Under the pieces are notes generated by a model that saw only the letters and a program-made list of their open reading frames with translations, searched no databases and was not told where the DNA came from. A stretch of DNA of 64,000 nucleotides, taken from IMG/VR virus record IMGVR_UViG_3300030118_003002, positions 1-64,000 of that record; one strand, written 5' to 3'. Within the stretch, counting starts at the first letter, position 1; every line of letters begins with the position of its first letter. Below, in pieces: positions 17,407 through 26,947 of this stretch. Position numbers and translations under genes: made by a program. Origin of the DNA: a virus.

Positions 17407-18062
17407 ATATGGGATTTTTAGGAACAAGTAATGGGGCAGTAATGGGTGCAGTTCAAGCACAATCAGAACAACAATTCAAAAATGTTAGTAATTTACTTTC
17501 ATTACAAGAAAATCATGTTGAGGAGTTTTTCCAATATCATGGTCAACAATTTTTTGCTGCATTAGAACAATTGATGGAAGATGTAGTAGCAAGGTCGGTT
17601 AGTAAGATGCTAACTCAATTAGTATTTGTTCAAGATTCAACATCGGGAACAATGAAATTACAATCCGGTGCTTTGGCAGAATTTGAAAGAATTACAAAAG
17701 AAAACATTGATTTAGATTTAACAAGACTATTAGATTCAGCAATCAATACAGAAGTTATCAATCAAAGAAAGATGGCAAAACAACAATACCTAGAATCTCA
17801 AGGGTTCTCAACACCAAATGCACAGGTTTCTGCTGGTGCGGCAATTGCTGGTGTAACAGGTAATATGCAACAGTATAACCAAGTAAATAGCGCAGTAAAT
17901 AACGGTTCGGGCTACCCTGTCCCTCCAAATGGAACAGACGGATATGGCAGACCTTATTGGATTGATGCTAATGGTCAAATGTCATATGAACCCCCACAAA
18001 GCGGTTTAGGATTAGGTTCAGCAATACAAAAAGGTGCGGCTTGGGCTAAATGGCTAATGTGA
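17403..18062 (+). CDS. Gln/Gly-rich protein with amphipathic C-terminus
   Basis: ATGA coupling; ends GLGSAIQKGAAWAKWLM. Confidence 0.7.
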   Translation: MNMGFLGTSNGAVMGAVQAQSEQQFKNVSNLLSLQENHVEEFFQYHGQQFFAALEQLMEDVVARSVSKMLTQLVFVQDSTSGTMKLQSGALAEFERITKENIDLDLTRLLDSAINTEVINQRKMAKQQYLESQGFSTPNAQVSAGAAIAGVTGNMQQYNQVNSAVNNGSGYPVPPNGTDGYGRPYWIDANGQMSYEPPQSGLGLGSAIQKGAAWAKWLM

Positions 18063-18073
18063 GTTGATTCACA

Positions 18074-19846
18074 ATGGATATTATTTACAGTGGTGCTGGT
18101 GGTAGGTCTATTGATTGGACTACCAAATACGCCACAAGCGAAATGAAGAAATTCATTTTCGGCAGTAAATACTTAGAAACTAGAAAAAAGGACTATAATG
18201 ACATTAAAAATTATATTGAAGGCGTTCCTAAAATAAACGATACTTTAGATAAAAAGGAATTTGATAAAATTAATGATGATGCTATAACTAAAATTAAAGC
18301 AACTAAAATTAAAGATATGGCAGTTCCTTTTGACAATGTTTATTTTCTAGATTTAGTGGGAAAATATACAATACAACAATTAGGAAACGATAGAGTTTTA
18401 GATGAAATTACAGGAGAAACTAGCCGTGTTGATTTTGAAGATGTAATTCAAGATGGATGGCGTGGTGATATGGACACTTACTATAATGAATTATGGAAAA
18501 GTGGAAAGGTTAGTGAAAAAACTAGCAAAAATAAAGAAGTAAAAACTATTATTTTAGATGAAACAGATTTAGAATCAGTTACACCAAATGTAGGAAAACC
18601 TAGAACTAAAATAGAAAAAATCAGTAGTTTAGGTTTTGAGTATATTTATGGTGATAAAATAAATAGAAATATTAATTTAAGAGAAAAGGGTTTAGGAAAG
18701 GAAGGACAATCAATAAAACCTGCACAAAAATTTGGACTAGAAGGGAAAAAAGTTATCCCTGATGATTTAATGCAATCTTATGATAAGTTTTATCAAAGAG
18801 TAAAAATCAGTGATGAGGGAAAGGTAAAACGCACTACTTTTGACATACCTTATATTTTTACTAGAAGTCTTTATTTTGCAGAAGAAATGAAAGAATCTGT
18901 GGAAGAAAAAATATCCAAAGTAAATAAAATAATTAAGGATTTCAATATTACCTTTACAGACAAAGATGAAGATAAAACATATGAACAAAAAAAATTAGAA
19001 TCTTTAACTAAATCTCTTAAAAATGCAAAAAAATATTTAAGAATGACAGCCAATTTGCGAAAAGAAATAAAAGACCAAATGAAAGTTTATAATAAAACTG
19101 ATGATTTGCTAGATTCTGTTAGGGAAAAAATAGAAAATGCTGAACAATTAACAGATGAAGAATTAAACAGTATTAGCGAAATAGGTGAATTAGAAAGATT
19201 AATGGGTAAAAAGAAAGTAAAGATTAACTTTAAAGATGAATATCTTAAATTTACTGATAAAAAAACTATGCCCGAAGATGAATATTTGTTAGAACTTTTC
19301 GATGAATTAACTGATGTTTATGATAATGTAATTAATAAAAGAGTAGTTGAATGGTTGGAAAAATATGAGGAATTAGGTCTTAAACTTAATAAAGAATTTG
19401 AAAAGAATATGCCTGAATTACCTAAAACAAAATTAACTTCGAAGGAACAAAGAGAAGCATTTAATAATCCTAAATCATTTATTAAAAACGATAAAGACAT
19501 TATAAGAGCATTAAATGATTTAAAGGTAGTATATAGAATAGAATTAAAAGTTACTAAAGAAACAAAGAAAAACAAAGATAAAGAAGTAACTACCTACACT
19601 GTCAATACATTCATGTTAACTATGAAAGAAGAATTAGTTCCTCCTATTGTTCCTAAAGGAACGGGTGGGGGTTCAGAAGCCTCACCATTTAGACAAAGAG
19701 GCGTAACAAGGAGAGCCTCACCTAGTAAAGAAACCCCTAGTCCTTTAGCAATAGAAGGAAAAAAATCTTACGAAGTAAAAAACGATATTAATTTATTTGC
19801 AAAAAGAATTAATAAAAAATTAAGACAATTGGAGTTAGTGATATAA
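18074..19846 (+). CDS. Lys/Glu-rich hypothetical protein (590 aa)
   Basis: Long ORF, no motif recognised. Confidence 0.7.
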   Translation: MDIIYSGAGGRSIDWTTKYATSEMKKFIFGSKYLETRKKDYNDIKNYIEGVPKINDTLDKKEFDKINDDAITKIKATKIKDMAVPFDNVYFLDLVGKYTIQQLGNDRVLDEITGETSRVDFEDVIQDGWRGDMDTYYNELWKSGKVSEKTSKNKEVKTIILDETDLESVTPNVGKPRTKIEKISSLGFEYIYGDKINRNINLREKGLGKEGQSIKPAQKFGLEGKKVIPDDLMQSYDKFYQRVKISDEGKVKRTTFDIPYIFTRSLYFAEEMKESVEEKISKVNKIIKDFNITFTDKDEDKTYEQKKLESLTKSLKNAKKYLRMTANLRKEIKDQMKVYNKTDDLLDSVREKIENAEQLTDEELNSISEIGELERLMGKKKVKINFKDEYLKFTDKKTMPEDEYLLELFDELTDVYDNVINKRVVEWLEKYEELGLKLNKEFEKNMPELPKTKLTSKEQREAFNNPKSFIKNDKDIIRALNDLKVVYRIELKVTKETKKNKDKEVTTYTVNTFMLTMKEELVPPIVPKGTGGGSEASPFRQRGVTRRASPSKETPSPLAIEGKKSYEVKNDINLFAKRINKKLRQLELVI

Positions 19847-20961
19847 TGCCCGTAGCATCCTCCCCTAGTGACTATACCGCAATCAATGTTGACTATTCAA
19901 CAGGTAATGGATTTTATACAGATAAGGATGCCGTTTCTGATATGCTACAAGTTCCAGCATTTTCTTCTTCCACATATCCTTCTCAAGCACAAGTCGGTGC
20001 TATTATCAAAAACATAGAAGGTATTGTTGATGATAAAGTAAAGAGGTCATACAGACCAATTATTTATGAAAACGAATTCCATAACTTTGAGTTTATTCGT
20101 CATCCTATGCAATCTTATTATGGTGGCTATGTTGGATTCATTCAGTTAGATACTATGAAAGTTAAGAAGATTATTTCTCTAAAGGTTTGGCAAGGAAATC
20201 AATATCAAGAGTTAGCATCGGCTTCCGCATCTATTACATTAGACAGTAGCGGATATAATAATCTAAGAAGCATTACATTACAATTACCTAATAGTGGTGA
20301 TTCGTGGGTATTGTATCATCATGCAGAAGGAAGTTTAGCGGCACATAATACATTCCATAATGGCTTCGGTTCTAAAACAACCGCAAAGGAAATATGTCAT
20401 TTGATTAATGAAGAATACCCTGCTAGCACTGCACAATTTACAGGAGCAACAAGAGACAAAGTATTGACTTCTTCACCTAATGGTCTAAACATAAGTGACT
20501 TCTTTTATGCTAGCACAGACCCCGATAACAGTAATAAAATCAACATTTCTAGCCTTTTATCCGGTGAAGACGGTTCGGCTTGCACTCTTACAATAGCAGA
20601 TAAAGCAGGTCAAGATTCAAGCACTACATCAACGCCATTTACTGATATGCAAGATATGAAAAGACTTGGTTCTTTTTGGACTATTGGGGATGAAGGTCGA
20701 GTATTCTTCCTTAGAGATTATCCTTACCATACTCAAAATTCAATCATTGTGACCTATATTGCTGGCAGTAGCCGTGTTCCTTCCGCTATACACAAAGCAA
20801 CAACAATGTTAGTAGCGGCTGAAATATTACGACATGACGACCAAACAATAATGATTGCTGAAACAGGCGGTAATATTAGCACTAAAGAGAAATATGATAT
20901 TCTGACAAAAGAAGCGATGGATATACTGAAAGGTAAAGGTGACTTAGTGTTCTTACTTTGA
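19846..20961 (+). CDS. head-tail adaptor/connector protein
   Basis: N-terminal YT...V..ML and C-terminal IIVTYIAG...VPSAIHKA..MLVA pattern of gp6/gp15-like adaptors. Confidence 0.7.
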   Translation: MPVASSPSDYTAINVDYSTGNGFYTDKDAVSDMLQVPAFSSSTYPSQAQVGAIIKNIEGIVDDKVKRSYRPIIYENEFHNFEFIRHPMQSYYGGYVGFIQLDTMKVKKIISLKVWQGNQYQELASASASITLDSSGYNNLRSITLQLPNSGDSWVLYHHAEGSLAAHNTFHNGFGSKTTAKEICHLINEEYPASTAQFTGATRDKVLTSSPNGLNISDFFYASTDPDNSNKINISSLLSGEDGSACTLTIADKAGQDSSTTSTPFTDMQDMKRLGSFWTIGDEGRVFFLRDYPYHTQNSIIVTYIAGSSRVPSAIHKATTMLVAAEILRHDDQTIMIAETGGNISTKEKYDILTKEAMDILKGKGDLVFLL

Positions 20962-20973
20962 TTAGGTGTTATT

Positions 20974-21192
20974 ATGGCAAGAAGCATGGCGGTTTCACTT
21001 AAAGACTTCAATAGGTATTTAGCCATTGAAAAGGAAAGACAAGCCGCTTTACAAGAGGTATCAGAAATATTAGGATTCGATATTAGTTTCAGCGAAGAAG
21101 AAATGATTAACAATGCTAGTGAAAGTTACTCAAAAGCAGTTAGTGAACAAATAAAAAAGGAGGCGGCTGAATGGATGAAGTTTCGCTTTTGA
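20974..21192 (+). CDS. hypothetical neck-region protein
   Basis: AGGTG SD, 72 aa. Confidence 0.6.
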   Translation: MARSMAVSLKDFNRYLAIEKERQAALQEVSEILGFDISFSEEEMINNASESYSKAVSEQIKKEAAEWMKFRF

Positions 21193-21680
21193 TTGATTTA
21201 GTTAGCACTAATTGGGCTAGTTCCGCTACTACTTTACAAAGTGCTGGCACTATTTCAGCAGACCACGCTGGAACTCCTAACTTTGTTGATGTTAGAACAT
21301 TACAAAAAAATAGAGGAGTTAGGTATGATTTAACCGCTAAAGATGTAATTATATTCTTTGAGGATGGACAAAACCTAGAATATCCTACTACTCATTTTGA
21401 TGTTAGACATGAGACATATACATTTACTATGCACATTCGAACAATACATGATGAAAGGGCTGGAACTGACGCTGCATTTGGCAAAGATAGGCTAAGGGCT
21501 TTATACTTGATTGCTCGTCATGCAATTGAACGGGGGCGAAGGGGCTATACTGCAAGTGATGGTTCTAAGTTTAATCAAATATTTATTGGTTCTAGAAATG
21601 AAAGTAATGACCGTTCAAAACGATTATTTGGATATAAAGTAAACATTGAAGCAAAAAGATTCGCATTAACACTCCCTTAG
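21171..21680 (+). CDS. putative tail completion/terminator protein
   Basis: Size and position immediately before the tail tube. Confidence 0.55.
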   Translation: MDEVSLLIDLVSTNWASSATTLQSAGTISADHAGTPNFVDVRTLQKNRGVRYDLTAKDVIIFFEDGQNLEYPTTHFDVRHETYTFTMHIRTIHDERAGTDAAFGKDRLRALYLIARHAIERGRRGYTASDGSKFNQIFIGSRNESNDRSKRLFGYKVNIEAKRFALTLP

Positions 21681-21710
21681 TAAGTTTGTAAAGGAAAGGA
21701 GAGATTAATT

Positions 21711-23360
21711 ATGTCAGCAGAAGATATATTTTTAGGAAGTCAAGCAAGTTTAACGATGATTCCCGAAGTGGATTTATACATACCGTTAGACCATAGCAAT
21801 AGCACAGGAAGCGGAGAAAATTCAGGAAACACAAATACCATAAGAGCGCATAATGATTGGGAAGCGCACTTTTTGATGGTAAATAATTTATACACAGGAT
21901 GCACTGTTGAATTATATGCAACAGGCGCACCAACAACTGTAATTTCAACTCATACTATTTCCTCAAATACTGAAAAAGACATAGTTCTCTCTCCCGACCC
22001 AAGAACAATCGTTTCGGGTGATTTCATCCATATTAGAGGATATGGTGCGCCATGTGTCGGTTTATACACAGGCTCAACTAAAAGATTGAATGCTGATAAT
22101 TGGCTAGGTCTATTAGAAACAGGAACATTCCCTAATCTTGAAGTGGAAATGAAACAATTGAATCTTTCACTTGGAGGTTCAAGAAATTTTACTCATCAAT
22201 ATAAGGGAGTAAAAACTGCTTCCGGTGGTAATTTAGCAGTGATGGCTAATCATGGTGCTTGGCTTTACTATGCTTTAGGTAAATGCACAGAAATTACTGC
22301 TACCTTTGAGGCAAGTAATCCCGCTAACAAACTAACAGGTCATGGTGCAAATACAACAAAAGATGATAGAAGGAATGTTTATCTTGATACTACTAATGGC
22401 GGTGCTGAAACAGGAACGATTACTTCAAGCGAATTTTTGGAACAAGGGCCAATTTTCTATAAAACCGCAAGAGGTTCAAATACATTAGTTCCTCCTTTAC
22501 TACACGGTTTTGATTTGAACACTAATATGGAATTATTGAACAGACCTACATCATCTGCAACAAATGTAGCAAATCCTATCACATATAAGTTTGAAGAAGC
22601 AAACGGGGAAAAACTTCCTTCTTTTGCTCTTGAACAAACATTGGCTAAATCTAGCACATTGACTACTAGAACTTCTCCAAGCGGGGCTTCGGAAGATACT
22701 ACCTTCGTTAGAATTGCTACCGGAAATAGGGTAAATACATTCACTATGACCGCTAATGAAAATGAAGAAGTTAAAATGACTATGGATTTGAATACAAGAA
22801 CAGTTCATAAATTAGACCAAGACGAAAACTATGAAGCAAGGGGCGGGATAACAGATAATCGCCAATTGTTTAATTTCGAACAGGCCAATAATACTAGCAC
22901 AACTGATAAAGACGCTGAGTTTTTAGAGCCGTTTTTCTTCTCAAGTGGTGTGTTTAGTATCTTTGGGCAACAATTCCTAAAGGTTACTAACCTTACTTTA
23001 ACTATCAATAACAACTTACAAGATAAAAGATATATTGGTATTGGTAACAAAGACATAAAAGAAGGTATTCCCGCACAAAGAAATTATGAAGTTTCATTTA
23101 CTGCTATGGTAACTGATGATAAACTGTTTGAAGAATTGTTTAATGAAACAGAAACAGATAATACTTCTTCAACTCTTCTTACTTTACAATTTGATAAAGC
23201 AAATGGAGAACAAATACTTATTAAATTAGCAGATTATCACCTAAATGCTGCTAACTTTACTATTCCTGAAGATAAAGGGCCAATTACTGTTGAAGGAACA
23301 GTAATGCCTAGAAGTTTAGAATCATGCACAGTTAAAACTCATTGGGTATTGCAGGGGTGA
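21711..23360 (+). CDS. major tail (tube) protein
   Basis: LPSFALE...G..VNTFTM, LTLTINNNL...R.YEVSF tube motifs; upstream of chaperones and TMP. Confidence 0.8.
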   Translation: MSAEDIFLGSQASLTMIPEVDLYIPLDHSNSTGSGENSGNTNTIRAHNDWEAHFLMVNNLYTGCTVELYATGAPTTVISTHTISSNTEKDIVLSPDPRTIVSGDFIHIRGYGAPCVGLYTGSTKRLNADNWLGLLETGTFPNLEVEMKQLNLSLGGSRNFTHQYKGVKTASGGNLAVMANHGAWLYYALGKCTEITATFEASNPANKLTGHGANTTKDDRRNVYLDTTNGGAETGTITSSEFLEQGPIFYKTARGSNTLVPPLLHGFDLNTNMELLNRPTSSATNVANPITYKFEEANGEKLPSFALEQTLAKSSTLTTRTSPSGASEDTTFVRIATGNRVNTFTMTANENEEVKMTMDLNTRTVHKLDQDENYEARGGITDNRQLFNFEQANNTSTTDKDAEFLEPFFFSSGVFSIFGQQFLKVTNLTLTINNNLQDKRYIGIGNKDIKEGIPAQRNYEVSFTAMVTDDKLFEELFNETETDNTSSTLLTLQFDKANGEQILIKLADYHLNAANFTIPEDKGPITVEGTVMPRSLESCTVKTHWVLQG

Positions 23361-23365
23361 TTAAA

Positions 23366-23500
23366 ATGGTATCAAAATCAGAAAAAGGAATTTTAGTTCG
23401 AGAAAGACTAGAAGAAGCCTCTAAGAAAAAGAAACCTGCTAAAAAAGAAACTACTGAGGTAAAAAAAGAAGAACCTAAGAAGTCTAAATTAGCAGAATAA
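23366..23500 (+). CDS. 44-aa Lys/Glu-rich microprotein (not in ORF track)
   Basis: GGGGTGA SD; MVSKSEKGILVRERLEEASKKKK. Confidence 0.55.
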   Translation: MVSKSEKGILVRERLEEASKKKKPAKKETTEVKKEEPKKSKLAE

Positions 23501-23505
23501 TATTC

Positions 23506-23537
23506 CACCAACACCGTTTGTTTGTTTGTTGGTTTTG
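23506..23537 (+). terminator. possible hairpin/T-rich terminator after tail tube gene
   Basis: ACCAACA...TGTTGGT inverted repeat with TTTG repeats. Confidence 0.35.
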
Positions 23538-23549
23538 AAGGTGGATAAT

Positions 23550-23915
23550 ATGGAAAAGAAAATTATAAGTAATAAAAATGTGCTTTTTGCATTGAACGAA
23601 TCGACACTACATTATGTTAAAGTGTCAGCAGAATTAGACGAATATATCAAGGTATGGGTTAAAGAACCTACTTGGCTTGAAGCCGAAAAAGCCTTGAATT
23701 CCGTCATGAAAATTAACTCTCGCACTCAATCTTTCGACCTTGATATAAATGCCATGTATAGGTATATGGTCGAAAACTTCATTGAAAAGACAGAACCTTC
23801 ATTATCAACAATTGATATGTTGCGTCTTAGCCCTTATGTTGGCAACCAATTAAAAGAAATTCTTCCTAACCCTATGAGTCTGATGCAGGAGGATGAAGAA
23901 AAAAAGGATGATTAA
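23550..23915 (+). CDS. tail assembly chaperone
   Basis: Between tail tube and TMP; ends in A-run GAAAAAAAG. Confidence 0.7.
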   Translation: MEKKIISNKNVLFALNESTLHYVKVSAELDEYIKVWVKEPTWLEAEKALNSVMKINSRTQSFDLDINAMYRYMVENFIEKTEPSLSTIDMLRLSPYVGNQLKEILPNPMSLMQEDEEKKDD

Positions 23916-24123
23916 GGGTGCGTTTAAGGGAAAAGAAACTGACCCTAAAACAGCATCTTTAGTCACCGTATATATGCTTTCTAAGGCTTTAGCAATAAGT
24001 CCGTTAGAAGTGTATAAAATGCCTGTTAGTCTTGTTAAAGATTTATTACAGGTTCATTCAGTTGTTGAGGAATTTAAGTCAGAAGAAATAGATAAAGCAC
24101 AAAGAAAGGCAAAGGTGAGATAA
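23893..24123 (+). CDS. second tail assembly chaperone segment (gpT-like)
   Basis: Overlaps previous ORF in +1 frame; L..SP.EV..MP pattern. Confidence 0.65.
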   Translation: MKKKRMIKGAFKGKETDPKTASLVTVYMLSKALAISPLEVYKMPVSLVKDLLQVHSVVEEFKSEEIDKAQRKAKVR

Positions 24124-26300
24124 TGTCTGAGGCCGAGCAAAGCATCAATAATGTTTCACAATCTATTACTGATTTATCTGCAACACTTTCTGAAAATGCT
24201 AAAAGATTCGCATTAAGCAGTAGTAGGATTGTCGAATGGTCTAAATCAACAGGAAAAGCAGGTAAGCGTTGGACTACATTTAGTCGTTTAACTTCCGGAA
24301 CAGGTCTTTGGAAGTTTCAGAATTATTTGCGTGGAACACTAGAAGTTATTGGTGCTTTTGGTGAAAGAACTGATGAGGCTATTAAGGCTCAAACAGAACA
24401 AGAAAAGGCATTGGCTAAAAGTATTCAAGGAGTAAGAAATATCAGAAAAGAATACAATGCTTTAAGTGAAGTAGTTAAAAATCAAACTAATCTCGATAAG
24501 AATTTGATGAATCTTAAAAATAAAGAAGACAAAGAAATTAAAAAACGAAGGACAAACCAAATAAAAACACAAGGCGAAGTGAGAAAACAAAATAAATTGT
24601 TACAGGAAAGATTAGAAAGACAAAAAGAAATCCAAGAAGAGATTGCTAATGTGGAAAAAGGTCGAAATTTTGCAGGTAAAGTAAAGGAACTTAAAGAACT
24701 GAATAAGTTGGAAAAAATGGCAACTGCGCAATTAGAAGAATCAAAAAAATTACTTGAAGAGAAACAACAAAAATTAGATGATATGAAAAGTGTTGAATCT
24801 ATTCGAGAAGAATTTGAAGCACAAAGGCAAAATATTAAGGAATTAGCAAAATATAGTGATGCACAAATACAGGCTTTAGAATCCACCACCGCTTTTAATA
24901 CTGCTATAATTGCAGGGAAAACAGATGCAGAAGCCTATGCTGATGCTTTCAAACAAATAGGTGAAAATGTTGAATTAAACCAAAAATCATTCGATGCATT
25001 TAAGAAAAAGCAACAAGAAGTGTTGAAAATACAAGAAGCGTTTGATAAAGGAACTCAAAGTGCTGAATTTTCTAAGTTAGGAAAAGATGTTAGAGACCAA
25101 CGAGATAAACTCAAAGATACAAGAAAGAAAGAATCAGAAGAGTTTAAACAAAAGGTCGGAGAAGGAGCAAAAGGCACTTTTCAAGTAGCAAAAAAAGGAA
25201 CAGTAGGTCTGCTTAAAAATGTTAATCCTAAAACACTGTTTAAAAATGTTAAAAAATCTGCTAAATTTACAACAGAAACATACAAGAAAATTAGGAAGGC
25301 GGAAAGAATACAAAAAATGAGACTCAAATTACAGATGAAAGCCATAGCATTCCAACAATTTATGAAGCCGATTCTTAACATGGCATTTAAGTTCTTAATA
25401 TTTGGTATATTGGGAATGATTGCGGTGTTAGCAATTGCTAAAGTTGCTTATGATATTATGGGAGTAATGTCTAGTTTTGGAGTATTTGATGATATTAAAG
25501 AAATAATAGGTCATGTGATAACCATAGGAGGGGCAATATTCGGAATTATAGGGTCATTTTTATCTGGTGATTTTGAGTCTATGTTTGATTATTTAGGAAC
25601 TATAATGTCGTCTTTAATGAGTATAGGTTGGAATTTAATAACGATATTTGCAAAAGGGCTTTTCGCAATTGCGGTTGGTTTATTTTATTCTCTTATAGAA
25701 GGAATAACTTGGTTCTTTGGCGGTGGTTGGAAAGTAGCATTACCCGCAATTCTTAAATTAGGATTAATAATACTTGCTTTATACTTCGTAAAGTATCTAT
25801 TAAGTCAAGCATTACTAATAATAGCAATATACGCTTTACCTATTATGATGTGGGTATTGCTTGGTGCGCTCCTCACCGCATTATTTATGAAACTTTACAA
25901 AGAATTTGAAATGATTAGAAATATTGCTGATGGTGCTGTCGCTTATTTGGAAATGGCATGGGATTTTGTCACAGGCATTTGGAAAGCAATAAGAGGTTCT
26001 ATCAACGATGTATTAGATTGGTTCGGTGCAGATAAATTGGCAACGGGAGGTTTAACTGACGGTAATACAACATTAGTTGGAGAAAACGGGCCAGAAAGAG
26101 TAAGATTACCAGCAGGTTCAAGAGTTTATTCTAATTCACAAAGCAGGTCAATGACAGGCGGTTCAACAGTAATTAATAATCATATTACTATTAATGCAAA
26201 AGATACTTCTGATGCAGAATTAAGAAGAATTGCAGAAAAGATAGGCAATATGGTAAACAATAAAATGAACAGAACAGTATCTTCAAGAACATTAGGGTGA
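24123..26300 (+). CDS. tape measure protein
   Basis: Coiled coil, long hydrophobic repeat region, LATGG...LVGENGPE motif. Confidence 0.85.
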   Translation: MSEAEQSINNVSQSITDLSATLSENAKRFALSSSRIVEWSKSTGKAGKRWTTFSRLTSGTGLWKFQNYLRGTLEVIGAFGERTDEAIKAQTEQEKALAKSIQGVRNIRKEYNALSEVVKNQTNLDKNLMNLKNKEDKEIKKRRTNQIKTQGEVRKQNKLLQERLERQKEIQEEIANVEKGRNFAGKVKELKELNKLEKMATAQLEESKKLLEEKQQKLDDMKSVESIREEFEAQRQNIKELAKYSDAQIQALESTTAFNTAIIAGKTDAEAYADAFKQIGENVELNQKSFDAFKKKQQEVLKIQEAFDKGTQSAEFSKLGKDVRDQRDKLKDTRKKESEEFKQKVGEGAKGTFQVAKKGTVGLLKNVNPKTLFKNVKKSAKFTTETYKKIRKAERIQKMRLKLQMKAIAFQQFMKPILNMAFKFLIFGILGMIAVLAIAKVAYDIMGVMSSFGVFDDIKEIIGHVITIGGAIFGIIGSFLSGDFESMFDYLGTIMSSLMSIGWNLITIFAKGLFAIAVGLFYSLIEGITWFFGGGWKVALPAILKLGLIILALYFVKYLLSQALLIIAIYALPIMMWVLLGALLTALFMKLYKEFEMIRNIADGAVAYLEMAWDFVTGIWKAIRGSINDVLDWFGADKLATGGLTDGNTTLVGENGPERVRLPAGSRVYSNSQSRSMTGGSTVINNHITINAKDTSDAELRRIAEKIGNMVNNKMNRTVSSRTLG

Positions 26301-26304
26301 TTAA

Positions 26305-26943
26305 ATGACATATGTATATTTGAAATTTGGGCAGTATGCTGAACAGGAAACTAATGATTTAACAGTTAATACTATTCCGTTGAATGTTACATCGGTTGGA
26401 GTTTCTGTAAGTAAAACTATTCCTTCTTTTCCTATTCCTTTCTCCGGTGTTGTAACGGGTGAATCTGTAACGGCTGCTTTAGATTTAGGTATGGCTACTA
26501 AGCAAATAGATTTAAGCGGCTTTATTTCTGAAACAACAATCAAGAAAACAAAAACTGCTACTGATACTTCCGCAGAAGATGATGAGACGGCCTTAACTTA
26601 TACTGCTCATGAAATTGCACAAATGATTGCATCAAGTGTTGATTCAACAGGATTACAACCCAACCAAGCAATAAACGAATTAGTTATTCTTTATCCTTCT
26701 AAAGTAGGAAATAACTATGCCGCAAGAACAACAGAAACATTAGTTCCTTTTAATTTCGCATCAAGAGGAGAAGAAGGATTTGGAGACAATTTAGGAGTAT
26801 CATTCAAAGGTTCTGATTTCCCCGATTCTTCAACGGCTTCGGGAGTAGCAGGTTTTATTCGCAGTTTTAGTTTTAATATGGAAGCAGAAACAATTGATAT
26901 TAGTTTTTCAATGCAATTTGAAGTAGCAGTAGTTGGGCCGTGA
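26305..26943 (+). CDS. distal tail/baseplate protein (putative)
   Basis: Position after TMP; beta-rich. Confidence 0.55.
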   Translation: MTYVYLKFGQYAEQETNDLTVNTIPLNVTSVGVSVSKTIPSFPIPFSGVVTGESVTAALDLGMATKQIDLSGFISETTIKKTKTATDTSAEDDETALTYTAHEIAQMIASSVDSTGLQPNQAINELVILYPSKVGNNYAARTTETLVPFNFASRGEEGFGDNLGVSFKGSDFPDSSTASGVAGFIRSFSFNMEAETIDISFSMQFEVAVVGP

Positions 26944-26947
26944 TAAA

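Noticed and set aside
23900-23911. Canonical -1 frameshift producing the long tail chaperone
   Set aside because: The -1 frame terminates at TGA 23909-23911
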